Below, piece by piece: positions 51,106 to 61,799 of a stretch of 64,000 nucleotides of DNA (the first letter of the stretch is position 1; the number at the start of each line of letters is the position of its first letter). The DNA is from Gnetum montanum (taxonomy: Eukaryota; Plantae; Gnetophyta), in the NCBI GenBank assembly GCA_015680685.1, contig MNCI01000738.1, positions 470,922-534,921 on the forward strand. The letters run 5' to 3'. The translations under genes were made by a program, and so were the position numbers. Under the pieces are notes generated by a model, which was given only the letters and a program-made list of their open reading frames with translations, was not told the DNA's origin and did not search any database.

Positions 51106-53380
51106 GTAGATTAAAATTTTTTAAGATTAGATAAAAATTTTAAGGTTAAAAATTTTGAAGTTAGATTAAAATTTTTTTATGATCTCGTGCGACTAAAGAA
51201 AAAATGAAAATGAAAAATAAAGAAAAAAATAGAATGAAAAAATAGATTGAGAAATGCTCAAATGGGCATTAAGCAAAGCTACAACATAAAATGTTTTCGG
51301 GAATTCTCACCCCTCATCAGTATGTTTTGGAGCAAAATTGTGGGATGCCATGAGCAACAAGTGCTTGAATAAATAGTGTCCTGACTTGACAATTTTAAAA
51401 TCTAAAGATAAAGACATCTAAAATTTTAAACAGGCCCCACTATTTCTAACTGAAGTGGGGATGGGACATTGCACTAAAATCTATTTTTAACAAGAAGAGA
51501 ATGTAGCTTTCAAAGATTCCTCCAACATGTAACCACATCTGGAATGACATTTTGGAGTGTTGGATCTTTTTGATGAGCTGAGCAAGTATAGGATTTAGTA
51601 GAGCCCTCACATTCAAGGATCTAGTAGAAAGACTAGAATCCAATTTGAAAATGAGAGGGGTCTAATACCTAAGGTAAACGTCATGACTTTGATAGAGTTT
51701 GATGAGAAGAGATCGTCTGGAGAAAGCAAGAACAAGGATAAAACAATGGACGAGCAAGAATGAAGGATACCCTTGAGCACAAAGTCACCAAACAAGCTAA
51801 AGTCAAATCTGTTGAAGATCACCAAGATAAGATTCCCCGATGAGGTACCTTTTGAGTTCCACAACAATGAAGGCTTTCTTTTGATGAAATGAATACCAAA
51901 AGGAGAAAAAAGATGTATTGGTATGCATTTAAGGATTTTTTATAACACTTGGTAGATAAAATACTAGTGTCGACAAAATTGGAACCCTTGAAAAATGTGA
52001 CATTAAGGATATTTGCTGTAGAATTAAACACAGTAAAGGTAATGTTAATGGAAGGATAAACATTACCATACTATGACAGAAGATGGGAAAGGAAGTCTTG
52101 AGAACCACTCTAAATGTTGAAAGCATCATCAATGAATCTTTTGAAATACAAAAGATTTTGAGAATTTGGAGTAGAGAAAACTTGTTTCTCTAGATGGCAC
52201 AAAAAAAGGTAAGCATAAACAACAGCAAAGTTACTCCCCATTGTAGTGCCATAGATTTGTTTGTAGTGCACTCCGTTGAACTCCAAGAAATGTTCTTGGA
52301 GAACCAGAGAAGCAAGCTCTAGGATGATGTTGTTGTACAATTTCTGCATATGAAAAGGGTAAGCAAACAAATATGATTCAATCATATCTTTGAGGGTAGA
52401 AAGGCCATGGTTCATGGGAATGTTTGGATAAAGAGATTCTACGTCAAATGTAAAGAGTAGAACCTTATGAGGTAGAACTCAAGAATGTAAATCATGAATC
52501 AAGGCACATAAATCTTATAGATGATATGGTTAAGAACATAAAATAGGAAACAAGAAGTAATGGAGTAGGAGGGAAGCAGGTTCAAGAACATAATTAGAGT
52601 AGGAGTAGATTGAACGGCCAACTAGAACAAGCTTGTCGATTTTAGGGATTAAATAAAAGTTGAAGAGGGAGTCCTTAAAATTGAAGAAAACCTAGGGATA
52701 CCGATTGATAATAAAAGAAAGCCAACGACGAAGAGCTTCCCATGGAATGGAATCCACACAAAGGTAAATGTCCAAATCAAATAATTGTCTAATGGCCTCT
52801 TGAAAATACCAAGAGGAGTCAAGGACACAAATATCAAGATTTTTATCAACAAGCTAAATAACAATGTTTTGATCTTTTTCGAGTTTGTGAAGTGCTCAAA
52901 GATGGCGAGAAAGAGGAGGCTAGCTATGGAAATCTATGGAGGAAAGGGTAGCTTCAAAAAAAGATAGACAACTACGAATACATGCCTCAAGTTCAAAATT
53001 GAAGCTGCTCAAGGGTGGATTCCATTTACTAGGATGGCAAAGTTTCGATTTTGCAACCTAGGTTACATCAACAAAGGAAGAAGAAGAAAAGACTTCTTAA
53101 GGTTTATTTTTGAAGAAATTCCACAAACAAAGGAGCCTAGCAAAGGCTATAAATTCCTTAAGTATTGAAACACAATCCATGGGGAGGGGTCAAGGGATGA
53201 ATTTTAAGCCATAACCCAGAATTTTAATTTCTTCTGTAGAGAGGGCACACGATGAAAAGTTATGTATCACAAAATTAGAAATGTGGCTTTTAAGAACATT
53301 AGCAGGAACATTATGCTTTCAAGACATTGCTTCACTATAATTTTGCACTCAACTACAATGTAATGCATTGGTGAAGAATA
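51106..53380 (-). mobile_element. Penelope-like retroelement, copy 2 (decayed RT ORF ~51440-53325), inverted relative to copy 1
   Basis: YKQIYGTTMGSNFAVVYAYLFL and YFKRFIDDAF in ORF 52110-52415; reverse-complement match to copy 1 along its length. Confidence 0.92.
51283..51326 (-). ncRNA. Minimal type I hammerhead ribozyme with intact core
   Basis: Minus strand: aacata-CTGATGA-gggg tgagaat tccc-GAAA-acat-TT-tatgtt. It has a 6-bp stem I, a 4-bp stem II and a vestigial stem III. Confidence 0.85.
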
Positions 53381-56300
53381 TTCAAAATGCAATATAAGAC
53401 TAAAATGAAGGAAATATTTGATAGTAGCAAACATTATATACATGGTTGTTGCTAATTACGGTGATGGTGATGACAAGTCCAACATTATCTTATGATATCA
53501 TTTTTCTTTTCTTTTCCTTTTTTTTTTTGTAATTTTCTTTCTTTTCTTTTTTTTAAATTTTAAAGGAGAGTTTTGAAAAATGTGCTTTAGTTATTAATGA
53601 TGGGTGTAGGTACAATGTTTAACATTCCCTTTCATTCCTTTATGAATAGTGATGTTGCTAGTTATGATTTTGTATACAAGAAGGAAAGCCAGGAGATGGA
53701 GGCTAAGCAACCAACGAATATAAATGATTTGCAAGAGTAAGGCTTGATAAAAGGGAGCCAACACAATGCAAAAAAAGAAGGGGAAATGCATAAAAAAAAG
53801 GGAAGCATTGTTCAAAGAGCTTGAGAGAAGAAAAGCTCACTGAATTTGCTTTTTTAGCTTTGAATCACTCTACTCTTTCATTTTCTTTATCTAACATTGT
53901 AAATGTATGTAGCCAAGAGCTGCTAATTTCTATTCTTGTCGAGTTGAAATCCCATCTTCCTATGCTTTTTCCATTTCCCCTAATTTCCTTTACCAATTTA
54001 TGTACCTTCAAGTTCAAAAAAATAACATAAATTATTATGAGTTGTATCTTAATAAATAATTTTTTTCTAGCTTACCAGCAATCCAACAATCCTAGCATAA
54101 GGATCTATTGGAGGAGGTATATCAACTAGAGGTGTGGGATGGAAAACTACTCCAATAGGCCACAGATCTAGCAACAGTAATTTGAAATGTAATCCTAAGC
54201 TAAGTGACTTTATTTTGATTCTATTGTTGTTCAAATTTGTCTCTTACTTTACTATTAGTGTGTGATTTTGAACATTATTCCCAAGAAGTGTTATTGTCTA
54301 TTATAGAACTTTGATAAGAATTAATACTTTCATTTTCATCTATATTAGCATTCTATTATCTACTATTTTAATAGATTTTGTTTGCTACCCAATATTTAAG
54401 TTTTGTACCATATGAATCTATTCACATTGTATCATAGTTTATTTTCAATTTATCCATATCTATGTTTACTTTGCATATTAATTATAATGAAGCTTTAATA
54501 TTAAAAGTTAAATACCATATTGTCCTTACCAAAGACTTTTCCCATGTTTTCATACCCAAATGGGAGAGACCCTAGGCTTTTGTCTCTTAAAACATGTTTT
54601 GAGTAGGTGTTGCTTGTGATCCAATTTTACATATCAACAACTACCACAATGATCTAAGAGATGAGTGGATGTAATTTGAGATGTAAAACAACAGAATTTG
54701 ATAGATACTTAATTACTAGGGTGCTTTACATCATTCACTCATAGTTATATAAAATAACAAATGAAAAAAATAAACTTTCAATATTTATACCTATGGTCAC
54801 ATTTATTGCAGTCACAACCCTATCATCATGTAAGCCTCACAATGATGATGATGTAACTCAATGTAAACCTACTCTAATACCATGTTAAGTTTTATAATGT
54901 AATAATCAATTTATATTAGTATAAGTTAATGATAAGGACCTCACTTAAAACACCTTAATTACGTTAGAAATTTCTTAATTATGAATCCAAAGAATCAAGA
55001 AGGAATAAGAAAGGAAATATACTTCTTTTTTCAATGCTACAATGATAGTACAATGCTGGAAATAACATACAATAATAATATAAAAAAAGACCCAAGACAA
55101 TCCTTACTTCTAACTCCTCAAGAGCACAATTGCTGAAGGTGAGTTTACAACACAATGGCCCCACAAGGAAGAGTTTTACTCACTCCTTTAGAAATTTCTT
55201 AACTCTTCCATGATAACCAAATTGCATAACATCAACCTTAGAAACCTTTTCAAGCTTTTGTAATCTCTTGATGACTATTTGTCTTCCTTGGAAATGCATA
55301 CCTTTTTCAAAAAATCAAATTTCTACAAGTTAAGATTAAATGTAGCTTGCATACCCTCATAATTACTATCCTATTACTAGATTGCAACTCGCACCCTATG
55401 CACTAGTAAAGCCCATAGAATTTCGATAGTTGTTTCTCATCTAATTATAACCCACGATCACTTGCAACCTCTCATTGCAACTCAGAATGACTTGCAACTC
55501 ACTACACAAGCTTGAAAATTACAAATTTGCACGAAGGACGCAAACTACGACAAACTATGACTTGTAGTGACAAACTACGATTAGCTACATCTTGTAGTGA
55601 GCTTGCAATTGCCTGCCCAACAAAGAAAAACACAACAATTCCAGAAAGATAGTAAAACACAAATACAATACTTCTATGACTCCTATACATCTTAAAAATA
55701 CAATATTTATCAAAGAGGTAGGTTGATGTCTTCATCAACTGGCATACACATATCATGTTTTGACAACATTGTAACACATGTAGGCATCATGGTGTGAGTT
55801 TTAGTGTATTATACATGTTCAAGATAGTGTGAAATATTATTTGAGATGAGTCAAATACATGTTTATTTCACACACTGTTCATGATACTTACACATGAAGA
55901 TATAGTATAACTGTCATGACACTTAACAAAAGACACAACAATTAGTTAAGTTTTAACCAACCCATGATTAATAAAAGCTATCAATTATGTACAAATATTA
56001 AACAACACTATGATTGCAATATCACCATATGGTTTAAACAAGAACCCATAGTAATTACTTAATATAGATCTTTTTTTGAATGTTGAGCTTGATAAAATAC
56101 GCCAAATCCTTAACATCTATAGCATTATTTTTTTCTTTAAATTTACTTTTATTAGACAAAAAACGATTGATAATAAGAGGTGCACCACGTTGACCCATAT
56201 TATAATTAGTAAATAACATTGTAGAATTCTAAAAGAATGTTATTAAAAACTATGACATATTAGAAACAAAAATTTAAATCTCTTAAAAAAGAACAAAATT

Positions 56301-56459
56301 AAGAAATAAATGTCTTCTGTGAATAAAATCATCAGTAACTTTTATCTAAAGTCTATTAGTAAGATCATAGATATTCCATGAGAAGATTAACACTATGTAG
56401 AGGGGGAGGAGGCTCCTATCTTATTAATGGAACTAACATTCTCATAAGTTGCCTCAATA

Positions 56460-56550
56460 TCCTACCCAAGAGCTACAAAAGAATTATCATAGTTCATATA
56501 ATGGCATTTCATGCAATTTATATGAATTCCTTTGTAGCTTTTGGGTAGGA
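56460..56550. repeat. Inverted repeat with ~30-bp arms (MITE-like hairpin)
   Basis: tcctacccaagagctacaaaagaatt pairs with aattcctttgtagcttttgggtagga. Confidence 0.7.
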
Positions 56551-57523
56551 ATTCATATAAATCATCTCACAATTCATAAAATGGCATAGTTGCAAAGCCT
56601 TCACTTAAAGGATTTCATATCGAAACTCCCAACATCACATGTTATTTCAATGAAATGGCAAAGACCATGACTTGAAAAGGCTTTGAAAGAGAGCAAGGTT
56701 TGATCATTCTCCTAACCTGGAGGAGAGGTTTTCAAGGTTGGTTGTGAGGATAAAAATTTGTAAAGACATTTCCAAAACTATTAGGCCTTTCATTTCCTAT
56801 TGTGTTGGAGTTTCACCTCTTTTCAATGCTCCTCTATAGTTGTACTCTAAATTTTTTCCATGTACCACATTTTATTGTTGGGGTCCAACATCTTTCCTCT
56901 AAACATTGTTACATTTTTCTTAAGTTTTTCCAAAGCATCATGTTAGCCTATAGTTAATTTTTTTGGGTTCAAGTACATAGATTGGAAAATCTTTCCAATT
57001 ACAAGGATGTTTTCTTAAGTATTCAACCTTATAATTGATATTATTAAAAAATCAAAGAGAGTAAAATTCAGTGTTAGTTAACAAAATGACCTTTGCAGTA
57101 ACAACATTTACATCACTTTCAATTGTTATGCTTAAAGTTAAAATAGTAAAAAGATATGAAATATTATGTTTATATTAAGTGTAGCATAGTCAAGTGCTTA
57201 AGTGATTACCTTTTGTTTTCTTAACGTCAAATGTTACCGCTTCTACTTGCATTGAAGGCACAATGGTATTCGTCTCTAATTCATGATGCTGGCGATATGT
57301 CTTCAGTGATTCTTTGGTTTAAAAAAAGAAAAAAAACACACACAAACCAGCACGACCCTCACCTATAGCCTGAAGTCGGAAGGTTGTTTTCTGTAGCATT
57401 CCTTGGACCACTCTGTTTTACCAATTAAATGTATGGTAATGAACAAATGCTCCAGAAGAAAACCCTAAATTATTAATTATAATATGCATACATATTCTGT
57501 AGATTCTAGCGTCGGTATCTCAC

Positions 57524-57630
57524 CATTGTACAAGTCTTTCCCGATCCTGTTTGCCCATAAGCAAAAATACAAACATTGTAGCCATCCATTACAGACCTGA
57601 TCAATGGTTGGGTTTCCTTGTATACTTCAT
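57524..57630 (-). CDS. KCH exon, P-loop ([30 protein letters not shown])
   Basis: Manual translation; kinesin-14 P-loop with aacag| acceptor and atg|gtgaga donor. Confidence 0.95.
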
Positions 57631-57725
57631 CTGTTATTTCAGAAAAGTTTTGAAATAACTAGTCATCCTGCAACAAACTAAAACAAATGTCTCCTTTGAA
57701 TAAAAATAAAACTACCTCTCTGCAC

Positions 57726-57899
57726 CTTGTGTTGCATAAGGACCAAAAACTTTGTTGAATTTGAATTCTCTGGCAGGATCTTCTGTTATCGTATTGTTGA
57801 GAAGAAAAGAACCATCATTCTCCATAATGTCTCCTGCATTGTCATCATCTTTTTTGCCTGCTAAAAGAGGCCAAACTCTACACATGACCCTTATTTTAC
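57726..57899 (-). CDS. KCH exon, start of motor domain (KIRVMCRVWP...FKFNKVFGPYATQ)
   Basis: Manual translation; phase 1 at both ends, consistent with neighbouring exons. Confidence 0.9.
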
Positions 57900-59408
57900 C
57901 TAGAAAATAATCAGCAATTGTATAACAGCAAAAAGCAAATAATGAATACGTAAGCCAAACCTTTCAGGTCCAATAACCTGTTCAAAAGTTTCTTGTTTTC
58001 CTCTTCATGCCTTCAGCATTTTTCTTTATATTCCATAGTCCAGTCAACTGCAGATATTGCACAGTAGAAAATGCAATCATACATTTTATTAATCATTACA
58101 GAGGCACTGATAATAAAATTTTGCCACATTGCTCTTACCAATCATCAACTGACATGTTTTTGGTATTCCCATCTGAAAAGACAGCTGTTCTTTCTTGAGA
58201 ATTTGTAATTCATATTTGAGGTCCTGCAATACGCAGTTTAAAAAGCAGTGTTTCTTACTTTCATCTTCATTAACGTTTAGAATTTCTTAAAAGAAATTGG
58301 TGTATATTCACATGGACACAAACTCCAAGAACAACCATAGAAATGGTGTTTTGTGTACATTTTCAATACAATAAATAAGGAATTTTTAAATGCCAGATCC
58401 TGGATTGATCTTCGTATATCACATTAAAGTATTTCAATTCTAGACAATAAGTCAGTTGTCCACTAAAATTCCTAAATATATATTGACAAACAAAAATGCT
58501 ACTCACATTTGCATGTTTATTTAGTACAATTGCATGATCCATTAGTTCTTCATATTGCTCTCGACTAATTTGTAAGCCTTCTACATGTTGATTTTCTTTC
58601 AGCAATGTCCTACAAGGTCCTTCGTTTGTCCATATTGCAACCATCCTGGATTCAAAATGAAATCAAGGAAAACCCAAATGATATAAAAAATTTGATGGGA
58701 GGCTTAAAATGATCCTGCTTTAAAACAAAAAGGAATAGCTTGACTTAAAAACCAAAATGACATTAAGCACAGTTCATGGGCTTCACTTAAAATGAAAATG
58801 CTGCTTCTGGCTAATCACAACCATATATTGCTAATGTTCATTCATAGAGGCAATGTGATCGCTGATACCAAAGAAGATGTCTGCTATTCCATTTCAACCT
58901 TGAGAAAAGTTTCTTCAAGTTCAGATGGTTGCAACTATCTATACAATTTATGCATAAAATTAGAAAGTTCTCCAATGTTTAATTGTATTTTCAAAAAAAA
59001 ATTGATGTGTGATGTAGCATGACATAGAAAACTTCGACATTTTTTCATAGTAATCATAAGCTAAAGACCTAACAAAAAGATTAGACAAGCAAAAGATCTT
59101 CACAGTACAGTCATCTCCAGAATTTGCTTCTTTTTCAAGCAAGTAATATAGCCCATATGTTTTTGTGTTCCTTTTTCACAGCAATCACTTTATTGCAGTT
59201 AAATTGTGTTATATTCCACAACTTAGTGATAAGAGTCTTGGCTTGAAAACCCAGGTTACAAATTCCATTTTAATGGGCTGCACTGAGTAATGTAAAAAAA
59301 AATGTATTCAATAAAAAAAGGAGTATTCAGTTTTAGTTTCAAAATAAAAATTTGTAAAGTAATAAAATACTCAAAAACTATAAACTAGAATCAATGTAAA
59401 GCACATAC

Positions 59409-59708
59409 CAATTCAGAAGTTTGACGTGATAAAACACCGTTTGCATCTATGTTTTCTTTATGGATATCATCGACTTCAGTCTGATTGCAGTTGTTTTTGT
59501 TTGTGACAGAAGATGGTGCTTGCAGATAATCAAAATTTTTCATGTTATTTGAACAAGATAACTGCGGAAAAGTTCCAGCATTCCTGGGAACCATGGGTGA
59601 CCTTGAATTACCAGCATACTTCCTTGTTCCATTTCCTCCACTTAACATCCATTCATGGTATGCCTTTAAACCTAAAATACAGTTTACAACCGAACTTGGC
59701 AAGCTTCC
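59409..59708 (-). CDS. KCH exon, end of CH domain and linker (GSLPSSVVNCILGLKAYHEW)
   Basis: ggcag| acceptor and ttg|gtatgt donor; 100 open codons. Confidence 0.85.
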
Positions 59709-59823
59709 CTGCCGGGAAATCAGAATTCAGCCATAGCAAAGGAATGTTAGTAAGACATAAGAGAAACTGATTGATATAGAAGTACAAATTTATATAAGAG
59801 AGGACAAAGAAATTAACACTCAC

Positions 59824-59964
59824 CTGTTCTAAATCAGAGGCTTCAAAAGTTGGTAATTTTAACCCAGCTACAGCTAGAAGAAAATTTCTTATGTTTTCAA
59901 AATACTGATAGGCAGATAAAGTTTGTCCTTGGGGCACCACCGGTGAAACAATATTAGGTACCAC
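59824..59964 (-). CDS. KCH exon, CH domain part 2 (LSAYQYFENIRNFL...FEASDLEQ)
   Basis: aatcag| acceptor and cag|gtgagt donor; 47 codons. Confidence 0.93.
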
Positions 59965-60050
59965 CTGATTTCAATTACAGTAAACATGCTATTAAATTAT
60001 GGAAATTGAATTAAAGACTAATAGCACCAAAAAAAGGTTAAGATGTTGAC

Positions 60051-60208
60051 CTTCGGCACAGCTTCTGGTTTCATCTTGTTAATCGAATTGCAGAGGATGA
60101 ACCCACTCCGCAAGGAAGAACAGAACTTCTCATCTGAGACTTCAGACACCATCTCTAAGCCGTCCACCATGCTTTTTATCCATGTTGCAGCTTGATTTCT
60201 TCTCACAG
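60051..60208 (-). CDS. KCH exon, CH domain part 1 (RRNQAATWI...LRSGFILCNSINKMKPEAVPK)
   Basis: caacag| acceptor and aag|gtcaac donor; matches the KCH CH-domain pattern. Confidence 0.9.
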
Positions 60209-60549
60209 CTGTTGCAAAAGTGATTATAAAACATTGTAGATACCGTGAAGAATTTTCCCCACATGATGCAAAAATTTTGAAATTTTCTTTTTAAGGTTAT
60301 GATTAAGACTCTTGACAAAGGAAACATTTTAGCAGAAATAAATCTCATAAAACTAAATCTGTGTATGAACATATTACTTCCAACGAGAAAAATTATAAGA
60401 TATTTATTTTCCCAGAGAGCTTCAATCTGCACGATATGCGAAGAGAAAACACTACTCCAGTGGCAGAGTACTACCGAAAGAGTTCGGCAGAGAATACGCT
60501 TGGAATAGAAGAAGATGATGATGGAAAAAAGGAAACTACGAAAACACCA

Positions 60550-60712
60550 GGGTTTGGGCTGTTCTAACGGTCAAATTTCACATGGCCCAAAATTTGAATT
60601 TGAACCTTGTCCACGTGGCATCCCTGTCAGCCTAATCCAACGGCTGTGCTTTTCTGTTGATTTTGGCTGTCATATGCAACGTGCCCACTTTACTCCGCGT
60701 TACAACGGCTAT
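60550..60712. promoter_or_regulatory. Promoter of the kinesin gene with MSA (MYB3R) elements, G-box, site II and CHR-like motifs
   Basis: TCTAACGGTC at 60563-60572 and TCCAACGGCT at 60636-60645 match YCYAACGGYY; TACAACGGCT at 60701-60710 is a near match. Also CCACGTGGC at 60611-60619, TGGGCY at 60555 and 60584, and two TTTGAA at 60593-60604. CpG is retained. Confidence 0.75.
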
Positions 60713-61069
60713 CAAATCACAATCTCTTGTCAAGGAAACAAACATAACATGACAAATCGTTTTAGTGGGTTAGTTGTTAAACTTTGAGTGTTTAAACCAC
60801 CCTACCTCCAAAATGAAGCTTCATTGTTTATTTTATTTACAGGAAGAATTAAAATATTACCGGCTTTCAATATGAATACACGTACTTCTAAAACACATCA
60901 ATAATTTAGGTATAACTTTTATAACTCTGGGTTCTACCTATTAAAATAAAATACATACCTTGGTGTTTCCAAGTCAAGAATTTAGATTTAGATTTTGGGT
61001 ACTAAAACCCAAAACTCTTTGGAACAATATTTACCTTAAAGATATATAGTTAAATTCAAACTTTATAAT

Positions 61070-61222
61070 AGGGGGTTGGAACCTCAAAATAATTGTAATA
61101 TAGATATACCCCAAGATACAATCTAATTTGAACTTTGTAACTCAACATTGTTCACTAGAATAGAACGCATGACCTGAAGCTTTCAAATAAAGAGTCTAAC
61201 TAGATTAACACTGCATTATTTA
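61070..61222 (-). mobile_element. tRNA-derived SINE-like copy
   Basis: Reverse-complement similarity to 61639-61799 (gactctt..gaagcttca.gtcatg.gtt..attctagtg..caatg.tgagttacaaagtt). Confidence 0.65.
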
Positions 61223-61224
61223 AA

Positions 61225-61308
61225 TTAGAACTTTATAACTCAATATTGATAACTAGAATTAAACAAATAAGTTGGAGCTTCTAAATGAAGTGTCTTTCTA
61301 CTAAAATT
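61225..61308 (-). mobile_element. tRNA-derived SINE-like copy (head only)
   Basis: Same head and tgagttataaagtt block, more decayed. Confidence 0.55.
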
Positions 61309-61387
61309 TGAACAAATGGAAAATAAAGACCAAATCTTAGCGTAAGTTTCATTTTAAAAGTTACATAAAAAAGAAAGCTTTTGTGGG

Positions 61388-61530
61388 TGTTGGAAGGTGA
61401 AATAAGTAAAATATAGGTACACCCCAAGATTTATAAAAGTTTATAACTCAATGCTACCTAGTAGGATTGAACCTATGACTTGGAATTACTAAGACAAGAC
61501 TCATACCCCTAGGCTAACACCTCATTGATA
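61388..61530 (-). mobile_element. tRNA-derived SINE-like copy
   Basis: Minus-strand A box TAGCCTAGGGG and B box GGTTCAATCC; body cttgggg...ttccaacacc. Confidence 0.72.
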
Positions 61531-61638
61531 AAAAAGAAAGAAAGAAAGAAAGTTTTTTTAAAAAATCCAAGTACATCTTTTTAACTTATTGCATTGTCTT
61601 AGGAATTAAATATTTATGCAAGTCTCAAATCAAATGAA

Positions 61639-61799
61639 TATTAATGAAGTATTTAGCTTAGTGGCAAGACTCTTGATTTAGAAGCTTCAAGTTATGAGTT
61701 TGATTCTAGTGGGCAATGCTTGAGTTATAAAGTTTTAATTTGACTATATAACTTGGGGGTAAATATTATTATATAAATGTTTCAAGTTCCAACACCACC
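61639..61799 (+). mobile_element. tRNA-derived SINE-like copy
   Basis: A box TAGCTTAGTGG at 61654-61664 and B box GAGTTTGATTC at 61696-61706, at tRNA-like spacing; non-tRNA body shared with the neighbouring copies. Confidence 0.72.

Larger units (their letters stand above)
57363..60208 (-). pseudogene. Kinesin-14 with calponin-homology domain (KCH-type); divergent, with an in-frame stop and an incomplete motor
   Basis: GT-AG exons: 60208-60051, 59964-59824, 59708-59409, 58645-58507, 58223-58139, 58047-57961, 57899-57726, 57630-57524, 57412-57363. Peptides include CH (AYQYFENIRNFL), neck (ENKKLLNRLLDLKGKIRVMCRV) and P-loop ([12 protein letters not shown]). Exon(s) between 59409 and 58645 and the first exon are unresolved. 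Confidence 0.85.

Noticed and set aside
51055-51180. Telomeric repeats at the PLE junction
   Set aside because: Only isolated ctaacc hexamers, with no CCCTAAA or TTAGG(G) array.
58013-58015. Selenocysteine or RNA-editing rescue of the TGA
   Set aside because: Land plants lack selenoprotein decoding, and U-to-C editing is organellar.
60299-60787. Plus-strand ORFs overlapping the kinesin 5' region
   Set aside because: Short and motif-free; explained by the CT-rich leader and promoter of the minus-strand gene.
61639-61720. Functional tRNA gene
   Set aside because: No convincing acceptor or anticodon stem, a mutated B box, and a non-tRNA body shared with neighbouring copies.
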